A stretch of DNA of 63,982 nt, counting the filler. It is 12 parts of 12 records of this genome, joined end to end, with 100 filler letters (N's around TTAATTAATTAA, not from the genome) between each part and the next. Parts side by side here need not be neighbours in the genome. Positions count along the whole stretch, not along the records: positions 50,825 to 56,945 come from SRR7504441_13697; positions 57,046 to 60,048 come from SRR7504441_13700; positions 60,149 to 63,982 come from SRR7504441_13727; 9 more parts are not named here. One strand, written 5' to 3'. Positions 55,983-63,982 of this stretch are shown here, piece by piece (within the stretch, counting starts at the first letter, position 1; every line of letters begins with the position of its first letter). A model generated the notes under the pieces. It saw only the letters and a list, made by a program, of their open reading frames with translations, was not told where the DNA came from and made no database searches. A program made the translations under genes and the position numbers.

Positions 55983-56869
55983 TCATTCGGCCGTGACGGT
56001 GCGCTCAAACAACGCTCTAAAACAGCTCCACCACTGGGTTTTGGCTGTTTCGGCTGGCCCCGGCACCAATTGCCACTGCGAGGGTCGCCACGGCCTCTTG
56101 ATGAACCTGCCCAGGCTCAGCAGCTAGCTCTCGGGGCACTCACGCATCCGACTCGGCGCATTGATCCACCAGTCGGTGGAGGCTCTTTTCGACTCCCTCG
56201 CCGGTGCGGGCACTGCGTCGGCCACTCAGCCCAGCAAGAGCAGAGCGCACGCCTGCACTCGGCGAACTGGGCACTGATCTCGTTGGCGAACTCGATGGCC
56301 GCTCTCTTGAGCGCGTGCCGCTCCTCCATCGGCAGCTGGTCAGCCTGGTCCAGCTTGTTGGCCAGCAGCATCACGTTCCCGGAGCCTACCCATCACTCAC
56401 CGGACCAGCCCGCAGCCACCCACCCAGCGCCCGGTCGCAGCCCTCATGCCGGCGCAGCTCCGGCAGCCAGAGCTGGCGCAGGCTGGCCAGGCTGGCCGGG
56501 TTGGTGCAGTCGTACACGAGTACTAGAGCGTCCACTCGGCGGTAATAGGAGGCCTGACCCGGCGTCCACACCAGTACTAGAGCGTCTCACCGAGATGGTT
56601 CTGAACCGCTCTTGGCCCGCGGTGTCCCAGAACTGGGCCTTGACCAGCTTGCCGGCGACCTCGCGCAGCACGATCCGGAAGTCTACCCCAATCGTGCTGG
56701 TCTGCTTCGAATCGAAGCTGCGCCCCGGCTGGCCACCCGCCCCGGCCGGGGGCACGCACGCATTGTCGGCGTACCGGAACAGGGTGCACGACTTGCCCAC
56801 TCCGCTGTCGCCGACAAGTACCAGCTTCATCAACTGGTCCGGCTGCTCGGCTCCACACATGCTGCTCAT
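55983..56869 (-). CDS. Divergent Rab-family GTPase lacking a C-terminal prenylation motif, 5 introns
   Basis: [38 protein letters not shown]. The spliced end reads [16 protein letters not shown]. Confidence 0.85.
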
Positions 56870-56945
56870 CGGTACCAGGTACAGGTACCTGGTAGACTCA
56901 CAACCGACGTGTCTCGCGCAATACACACTTTGCCACATAGGGTAA

Positions 56946-57045
56946 NNNNNNNNNNNNNNNNNNNNNNNNNNNNNNNNNNNNNNNNNNNNTTAATTAATTA
57001 ANNNNNNNNNNNNNNNNNNNNNNNNNNNNNNNNNNNNNNNNNNNN
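56946..57045. other. Artificial contig linker
   Basis: N44-TTAATTAATTAA-N44. Confidence 0.99.
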
Positions 57046-57473
57046 CCGCAGCCGCCTTCTCTGCCTTGGCAGCCTCGGCTGCGGCCTGCTCCTGGGCAGC
57101 CCGGCCCGCGGCTCGCTCTGCAGCGGCCTTCTCTTCTTCGTCGGCCTGGCTAGCCCCGCCTGCCCATCCGTCACCAGCGTGCACCATATCCAGCCCTACC
57201 GTCAGCCGGCTCCTCCTGTGCCTCGGCCGCGCCCTCCGGCTCGATCGCCTCGAGCAGCCGCTTCTGCAGCTCGGCCTTCTTTCCTTTATCCGACGCTCCC
57301 CTCAGCTTGAGCGCCGCCTTCAGTTCAACCACCTCCAAACCGCTCAGCCGGCCGCCGGCTACAGCCCGTGCCTTCATCCCGGCCACGTCCTCCGCGGTCA
57401 GCTCGTCGGCCGGCGCGCTCCGTTTCTGGCCCGGCGGTCAGCCCGGCACCCCGGCTCGGCAACCCACCACCAT
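57046..57473 (-). CDS. SAP-domain protein, 3'-partial
   Basis: MK|VVELKAALKLRGASDKGKKAELQKRL. Confidence 0.8.
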
Positions 57474-57783
57474 TTTCAAGAGGCGATCCCAACCGCCAGC
57501 TGACCGCTTTGTCTTCGCTTTCAATAAAATAAACTCTGTCGTCGGCCGAGGCTATGAAGCCCGCGGGGATCAGCCCCGTGGGACGTAGCGGACGTAGATG
57601 AACGGGCAGGTAGAGTGTTCATCTTAGGGCTGTAATTTCCACTCATATTCTGACGTACGGACGGTACGGTATCAAACGGTAAATAAACAATTATTCGTAC
57701 ACAAGTACCTGACAAGTACTTACAACAAAATGAAAACACACAACCTCAAATGCAATGATTTTGATTGAGGTCGGCCAGGTATC

Positions 57784-58896
57784 TTATGCTTGTGCCCCGT
57801 GGGCTAAGCTGCTTACGGCCTTGTGCTCTTGCTTATCATGCGGCAATTCGTTGAGTTCGCCAGGCGCGGGCGGCACCACCAAGGCTATTGCCTGGAAATG
57901 CCGGTCTAACAATCGTTGTAGCTCCGAAAAGCCTTCACCCCGCGTCCGTTAGAGCCGGCGGCAGACCGGCAGGCACTTTCACCGCTGGTGATGCTATTTT
58001 CTTGGTGCGCTTCATACAGAAACGATGCTAGCGCGCCTGGTCTCGCGTGCTCAGCCCTAGTGCCCAGGCCAATCGATCACCGGAGCGGATGGCCAGCTCC
58101 TCCACCGAGCAGGCCTCCAGCTCCTGCCCCGGCTGGCCCGGCGCTCGCCGGAGAAAACCTCAAAGTTGACTGCGAACGGGTTGGGCGGCGGCGGGAGTAG
58201 TGTAGAGTTGACTAGTTCACCAACAATCGCCCACACTCGGACAGATTCTGAGCTCCAACGGTAAGTCCCGCCGCCCCAGGGCCCGCACCGGGCTCCCGCT
58301 TCCAACGGGATGTGCTCGCCAGCGTCAGCGGCACGTCTTTACTCTTGCGGACTTCCTGCTGCGACCGCAGCTGCCGCCCCCTCGTCCCCCGGGCTTCCGG
58401 GGGCAACCGACCCAGACGTACGGCTGCTTGTACTTGGCGTACCCTCCTATTAAATAAACCGCGTCCGCCGTGGCGTTCCGTACCTGGGTCCGGGTCCGGC
58501 GGGCGGAGGGACGGCGCACCGTCTCGGACTCGTTGACTGCAGGGCTGGCTGGGGGCGGGCCGCTGCACTGCTCATCCGGGCTGGGCGGGGGTGAGGCTGG
58601 GCGGGCGCGGGGGGGGTACTCCCAGTGGGGGGCGCGCTGCGGCTGGGAGTGCCGGTGGACGGTGACCAAAAGCTCCTCCTTTCCCCGAAGGTAGAGCGAA
58701 AAGTGCTTGAAGCCCTGCCGGCCGGCTGAGCAGGCGGGCAGCCCGCGCGGGCGCCCGCAGCGTCCCGAACCGGATGCAGTCCTTGGAGAACTGATCCTGC
58801 CCCCCCAGCCTCGCCCCGAGCTCTCGGCCGGAGCCGCACCATCAACGTTGTTGCCGTTAGAACGCCGATCCTATTTTTACCGTCATCTCCAGGCAT
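57784..58896 (-). CDS. Conserved-looking hypothetical protein, multi-intron
   Basis: Spliced segments FSLYLRGKEELLVTV, VYLIGGYAKYKQPYVW|LRS, VWAIVGELV..PPPNPFAV. Confidence 0.6.
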
Positions 58897-58942
58897 GACG
58901 CTGCGGCCGGCCTCCGCCTCCCAGAACGCTTGGAAGCAAGAC

Positions 58943-60048
58943 ATGGGCGCCATCTCCGGGGCGCTCCGGCAGCAGCTGTTCGACCGAGGCCTGTACAATG
59001 TGGCTGAAGTCCGCAAGGTGGGCATCCACGCAGCGGCCGCTCAGCCGGCCGGCAGGTGTTCCGATCCGAGGACTGGACCGGTGACGGGACGTTGAACAGA
59101 GACGAGTACGAGCACGCGCTGCACAAGTCCGGGCTGTTTCTGAGCAGCGCCGAGGTGTCGACAGTGATGCGCTGCTGGGACACGGAAGGAGACGGCCGGA
59201 TCGACTACGAGGCTTGGATCTCCTCGCTGCGCGGCACGATCAACAGCCGGCGCGCGCACGTGGTGCAGCTGGCGTTCGAGGCGATCAAACAGCGGTGGGA
59301 CTGGCAGTCGGGTGGACAGCTGAGGGGCCGGGCAGGCGTGGAGGCAGCACTGTGGCGAATGTGATGGGAGAATTCAGAGTGAAGGAATTCCCTCGTGTGA
59401 AGGCGGGGATGGTCACAGAGGAGGAATGCTTGCTCCAGTTCAGCGAGGGGCTATCTGAAGCGGCTGGGGGGGCTAACGAGTACACGCTGGATCACTTCCT
59501 AGACTACTACTCGGACCTGAGTGGGGGGATCCCCAGCGACGACTGGTTTGTATATATGATGGAACATACTTGGGGAATTTGCGAGGACGAAGAGCGGCAG
59601 TTTAACGCGGTAGGCTGCCCTCGAGTGATTCTGGTGTGACTCGTGTTGGTAGTTCCTGGATAGCCTGGAAAGGCTCTTTATTGTAAAGGCCAAGGAGGTG
59701 GCAAAGGGAAATGAAATTGAAGAGAAGGCGATGGCCCGTATTTTTAAGTTCTTCGACGTTGATGGCTCAGGGGTGCCTTTGGTCCTGTCGACGCACTTGC
59801 TGAGTCTGTGATCAGGAGCTTGACAAAGAAGAGTTCTCGATGGCAATGAACAGATTTGGAATGCCCCTGAAGCAGCACGAGATCGATGGCTTCTTCCGAA
59901 GGTGCATGATTATCCATTCCTCGCTGAGCTGCTGGGTGCAGGTACGATGAGGATGGTGGTGGTGCCATCTCATTCGAGGAGTTGGTGTCGCGAGTCTGTT
60001 GGTCCCACCTGCCAGGCCTGATCTGCGTGCTGACCGTCCTGTCTTGCA
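58943..60048 (+). CDS. Calcyphosin-like multi-EF-hand protein, 3'-partial
   Basis: DWTGDGTLNRDE, DTEGDGRIDYE..LRG.INSRRAHVVQLAF, FLDYYSDLS..I.SDDWF..M...W, and further EF-hands. Confidence 0.8.
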
Positions 60049-60148
60049 NNNNNNNNNNNNNNNNNNNNNNNNNNNNNNNNNNNNNNNNNNNNTTAATTAA
60101 TTAANNNNNNNNNNNNNNNNNNNNNNNNNNNNNNNNNNNNNNNNNNNN
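60049..60148. other. Artificial contig linker
   Basis: N44-TTAATTAATTAA-N44. Confidence 0.99.
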
Positions 60149-60330
60149 TTTATTAATCCAACAAGCGCAGACCCGTCGCCCATACCCCAACAGCACCGCA
60201 ACGGCGCAGTATACACAATCACGTTATATCATAGTTATATCATGTCAACGGCGCAGTATATCATGTTAACTTCAGGACATTAAATCTCCGACGGATCGGA
60301 GTTCGGATCCCCACACAGTTTAAATTTCGA

Positions 60331-62220
60331 TCAAGCGCACACCAGGCCAGATTGGCACTTCTTGGATGAGTTTGAGTTCCCCGTCACGCATCGCTGCTCC
60401 ACCGAGCCCATCAACGGCGCACAGGCCCCCGCAGGCAGCAGCGACGAATTGAACTGCGTGCAGTTGATCTTGACTGAGCCATCAGTCACCACGTCGGCAG
60501 CAAAGCAGGCATTGCTGCAGGTGCCTGTGCGGCTAAGTGGCGGGTCGTTGCACGGCTCAGAGCTGCCGTCCACCTTCACATTCGCCATGCGCACCCGCAC
60601 CGCATTGTACTGGTTGCCCTGAATCACGAAATCGCTGGTCCGATACAACGGCAGCCCGTTTGGCTGTCCGGCTCGCGCGATGTGCAGTCCGTCTATCTGA
60701 ACATCCACGGAGGCGTCGCTGTTGACGGAGCAAGTGCCAGACCTGAACCATGGCCAGCTCCACGGGCAACTGTTCTTCGTGAACTGGTGAATCGGCCCGA
60801 TGAACACCGGGAACTGGAGCGTGTGTCCAGTCAGGGTAATGTTCTGATAGAGCACCTGTGCAGAGTTGCCGGGCGTGTCGATCTTGACGTAAATGCCTTT
60901 TCTCGTATCTGGCATCACGATGTTTCGAAACGTGACGTTCCGGGTGATGAAATTGCCCGACCACATAGTCCCAACCGTCAGGCCCTCCCCGGAGGCGGTT
61001 GAGTTCTCGACCAGCCAATTCTCGGACCAGATTCGCGAGCCGTCGTTGTCGCCCTTGACACAGATACAATCGTCCGCGTTCCTCACATATACGTCGTGCA
61101 CATGAATGTCCGAGCCCCAGATATCGATCCCGTCGGTGTTGAGTGCGAGCGCCCCGACCATGTTGCCCGGGGTTGTGGCCGGCTGGCTGCAGGAGACCTC
61201 AACCCGAACGTGTCGAATCACGACATTGTGCACCTTGTTGAAGTATGTCTGCCAGTTCGGGCCGTCTTGCACTGTGATCCGCTCGACCACCACTTGCGAG
61301 CTGGCAAACGTCAGCTCCGGGTCGGCGCCGATCTCAATCAGCGGCGGCGGGCCTGGGACGTGTCCGAATTCCCGCTGGAGGTACCAGAGCGTGCACCCAT
61401 TGGCGCTCACTTTGCCTTTGCCAGTCGAAGACGTGATCGTCACGTTGGTGAGCCCCTGAAAGAGGATGGCGTGCGCGTAACCGGTGCCGTTGGTGACGTT
61501 GGTCCACTCCTGGTGGCCTTGCCCGAAGTAGAGCTCGCCCTGCAGGTCAATCACTCCGTGGCTCAGCCTCAGCCCGACCACCCCGGCTGCCATGCAGAAC
61601 ACGCCCTCGGGCACAACCAGCCGGTCGCCCGGCCGCATCTGGGACAATTGTCCGTTGAGCAGATCCCGGTTCCGCCCGGCCGTCTGCTGGTCCCGCGAGC
61701 ACATCGGGTCGAGCAGCCGGCGCTTTGTCCCGTTGAATCGGATCTCCCGCCCTGCGGACCCGGCAGGGTAGGGCATCCAGGGCAGCGCTTCGGGCTCGCG
61801 GGCCGGGTCGAAGGCCGTGCCGACCGGGCAGGCGGTGCCGTTAGGCGGGTCGATCAGCGCGTGCGGGGTGGAATGCTCGGACTTGACCACGCACCGGCCT
61901 CCAAAGCTCTGCACTGTCCAGCTGGTGTTGGTCGGCCAGCGGCTGAAGGACTGTCCCGGGAGCATCCGAAACGGCAGCGCCGGCGCAGCAAGGTCGGGCT
62001 GGCTGAGGGTGCACTTTTTGTACTTGCAAGGGCACGGGCACTCGGGCTGGGCCTCGTCGCTCTCCCAGGCGAAGCCATTGTTGGCCCGGCAGAGCCAACG
62101 GAACCCGTGGTCCCCGGCGCCGCACTCGCAGAAGTTGGCAGGGCTGCCTGGGCACGGACTGGGTGGCACTTGGGCCAGGGCCAGCCCAATCACCACCACG
62201 CACGAGAGCGCTCGTGCCAT
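60331..62220 (-). CDS. Secreted glycoside hydrolase family 28 (polygalacturonase-like), intronless
   Basis: Signal peptide, Cys-rich N-terminus, NTDGID, ADDCICVK, GEG in place of GHG, GIYVK in place of RIK. Confidence 0.85.
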   Translation of the reverse strand: MARALSCVVVIGLALAQVPPSPCPGSPANFCECGAGDHGFRWLCRANNGFAWESDEAQPECPCPCKYKKCTLSQPDLAAPALPFRMLPGQSFSRWPTNTSWTVQSFGGRCVVKSEHSTPHALIDPPNGTACPVGTAFDPAREPEALPWMPYPAGSAGREIRFNGTKRRLLDPMCSRDQQTAGRNRDLLNGQLSQMRPGDRLVVPEGVFCMAAGVVGLRLSHGVIDLQGELYFGQGHQEWTNVTNGTGYAHAILFQGLTNVTITSSTGKGKVSANGCTLWYLQREFGHVPGPPPLIEIGADPELTFASSQVVVERITVQDGPNWQTYFNKVHNVVIRHVRVEVSCSQPATTPGNMVGALALNTDGIDIWGSDIHVHDVYVRNADDCICVKGDNDGSRIWSENWLVENSTASGEGLTVGTMWSGNFITRNVTFRNIVMPDTRKGIYVKIDTPGNSAQVLYQNITLTGHTLQFPVFIGPIHQFTKNSCPWSWPWFRSGTCSVNSDASVDVQIDGLHIARAGQPNGLPLYRTSDFVIQGNQYNAVRVRMANVKVDGSSEPCNDPPLSRTGTCSNACFAADVVTDGSVKINCTQFNSSLLPAGACAPLMGSVEQRCVTGNSNSSKKCQSGLVCA

Positions 62221-62267
62221 GTTCAAGTCAGTATTATCAAGTAACGGACTTCGTCAGCCGTCGCGGC

Positions 62268-63347
62268 ATGGAGGCAAAAGCGGTCGTCCACAACCTGATG
62301 GTGCCCGAGGAGGTGGTGGTGGCGGTGCTGCGCGAGTTCGGGCACCGGGTGGTGGCCCAGCAGCCGGTCACCGGCGGCTACTCATCGGCCAACCTGGCTG
62401 TGACCACCGAGGCCGGCCGAATGCTGCTCAAAGTGAGCAACCCGACCCACCCCATCGAAGCCCTCCAGGCCCAAGCCGAGCTGCTCGCCGCGCTCGAGGC
62501 GGCGAAATTCCGCACAAACTATCCGCACCGGCTGCCGGACGGGGGTATGCTAGTAGAGCGGCAGGGGCTGCGCTGCATGCTGCTGGACTGGCTGGACGGC
62601 AGGCAGGGCGACACGCTGCTGGCCGAGCTGGCGCACCAGCCGGCCGCGGTCCAGCAGATGCTGCACAGCCTCGGCCGCACCCTGGCCGAGCTGCATCAGC
62701 TGACTGAGATGGACGCGCTGCCGGTGCCAGACTACCGTTCGGGATTCCCTGTGAGCAACACCGGCGACCTGCTGGTGCCCGGCGAAATCGAGGCCAAGTT
62801 AGCCCGGGCGGACCAGCCGGAATTCCGGCAGTTCATGCTGGACAGACTGGGCCGGTTCCGGGCGGTTCACGATAAGAGCAGTCGGCTGAAGAGCGGGCTG
62901 ATCCATGGTGATGGCTACTTGGATAACACACTGTACCAGCCGGAGAGTCTGGAGCTGGTCGGGCTGGTCGACTGGGAGGACGCCTGCCGGGGGCCGTTGG
63001 TGCTCGACTTGGCGGTGAGTGCGATGGCGGTGGGGTTTGACGGGCAGAACGAGCTGCACTTGGACCGGATCCGTACGCTGGTCGGGGGCTATTTGGGCAG
63101 CCAGTCGCTGGCGGCAGAGGACCTGGCCGCTCTGCCGGAGCTGATATGGGCAGCGGCGCTGGCAGTGGCCTGCTGGCGGTACGTCAATTTTAACATCGAC
63201 AAGCCGGATTCGCCCGAGCCTGCTAAGCAGTCTTACCAGTTAATGCACCAGCGCGTGGGCGTGATTGAGCAAGCTGAGCCACGGCTGAGCAAAATGTGCC
63301 AGGAGATTGCTGCCGCCCAGCACGCCGACGCCGAGTGCGCGCCGTGA
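62268..63347 (+). CDS. thrB: Type II homoserine kinase-like / APH-family phosphotransferase, intronless
   Basis: GGYSSAN, LGRTLAELH, GLIHGDGYLDN, LVDWEDAC, LDLA. Confidence 0.7.
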   Translation: MEAKAVVHNLMVPEEVVVAVLREFGHRVVAQQPVTGGYSSANLAVTTEAGRMLLKVSNPTHPIEALQAQAELLAALEAAKFRTNYPHRLPDGGMLVERQGLRCMLLDWLDGRQGDTLLAELAHQPAAVQQMLHSLGRTLAELHQLTEMDALPVPDYRSGFPVSNTGDLLVPGEIEAKLARADQPEFRQFMLDRLGRFRAVHDKSSRLKSGLIHGDGYLDNTLYQPESLELVGLVDWEDACRGPLVLDLAVSAMAVGFDGQNELHLDRIRTLVGGYLGSQSLAAEDLAALPELIWAAALAVACWRYVNFNIDKPDSPEPAKQSYQLMHQRVGVIEQAEPRLSKMCQEIAAAQHADAECAP

Positions 63348-63768
63348 ATCGCGCCCTCTGTACATGTCCTTGATGTAATAATGTTAGCATCGATGAGTAA
63401 CTTACAATCCGAAGCAATGCTTAGAGTCATCGAACCGATACCTTTAGAATTTCTGGTTTACTGTGTCAGTCAAGTCCAGAGTATTCGGGAGTTACGCTCG
63501 TTGCGCTGTCACTCTCTAGAATTCTCGACCAAGACTTGCAATTGAACATTGCATCCTCGTTGATTAAGGTTACGCATTTCGCAGCGGTGTGCTCTTCATT
63601 CTGACAAGTGTATTTTTGTGCTATTCGGAGGCAGGCCAGTACTAGGCTAGTACAATGAGCTGACCCCGTCCCTACGACCTAGGGGGCGCCACGAGCCGCA
63701 GCATAGGCCTGGTGTAAGATGAATAACGGAACGTCGTCTAATTGAGTGGCCCCACTCCCCAGGCAGGG

Positions 63769-63982
63769 ATGCCGACTGAGCTGTCCGAGTTCGACATGAT
63801 CCAGGTGGACGCCAGCGGGCTGCAGGAGGCGATCGTCCAGCTCACGCACCGGCTGGCTGCCGCCGAGGCCCGCTGCGACTGCGCCGAGGCCCGGTGTGCC
63901 GCACTGGAGCACCAGGCGGCACAGTCCGAGGACAAGCTGCCCCAGCTTGAGCAGCAGCTCGAGCAGGACAGGGAGGCCCAGC
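63769..63982 (+). CDS. 5' end of a coiled-coil protein
   Basis: MPTELSEFDMIQVDASGLQEAIVQL..., open to the window end. Confidence 0.5.
   Translation, partial: MPTELSEFDMIQVDASGLQEAIVQLTHRLAAAEARCDCAEARCAALEHQAAQSEDKLPQLEQQLEQDREAQ

Noticed and set aside
57551-57590. ATGAA plus a GC hairpin resembling a SECIS element
   Set aside because: Helix II is too short, there is no apical AA, and there is no upstream + strand gene with an in-frame TGA.
58894-58897. Divergent genes sharing one CATG palindrome as both start codons
   Set aside because: A downstream in-frame ATG at 58943 is a more plausible start, and there is no evidence for the overlapping one.
4540-60148. Recurrent TTAATTAATTAA flanked by N runs, resembling a repeat family
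   Set aside because: These are identical 100-nt synthetic contig linkers. Adjacency across them has no biological meaning.
6894-62244. Many long antisense or overlapping ORFs (for example 6894-7946, 9681-10889, 44064-45263, 61096-62244)
   Set aside because: They are shadow ORFs of GC-rich genes, with Arg/Pro/Ala-rich translations and no recognisable motifs.
1-63982. Alternative genetic code, selenoproteins or programmed frameshifts as the cause of broken ORFs
   Set aside because: The internal stops and frame changes I traced are explained by short introns, and TAA, TAG and TGA all end conserved genes.

Overview
This window is not one locus. It is 12 short contigs (about 3-8.7 kb) joined by 11 artificial 100-nt linkers (N44-TTAATTAATTAA-N44). 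The sequence comes from a gene-dense, GC-rich unicellular eukaryote, lineage not determinable from the sequence. Genes carry very short spliceosomal introns (mostly 35-56 nt) with an unusually high share of GC-AG junctions. Head-to-head start codons are often only about 30-160 bp apart, and convergent spacers are AT-rich. Recognisable genes include V-ATPase subunit a, a COG3044-type ATPase, LIS1, COPI epsilon, RBM34/Nop12, TruA, a TTC39-like protein, an atypical Rab, a DnaJ protein, a calcyphosin-like protein, an EVH1/PARP-like/B-box protein, and several intronless bacterial-like enzymes (GH32, GH28, cupin, type II homoserine kinase). The most notable unexplained signal is a ~390-nt highly structured RNA candidate between truA and the Rab gene (55584-55972), built from a repeated GCACUUGAAG / AAAUGC junction. 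Other signals are a ~130-nt near-perfect hairpin with a stop codon at its tip (42788-42919), introns that copy neighbouring exon sequence, and broken or inverted BK-channel and DYRK genes (probably amplification chimeras). All gene models were read by eye and no database searches were run.
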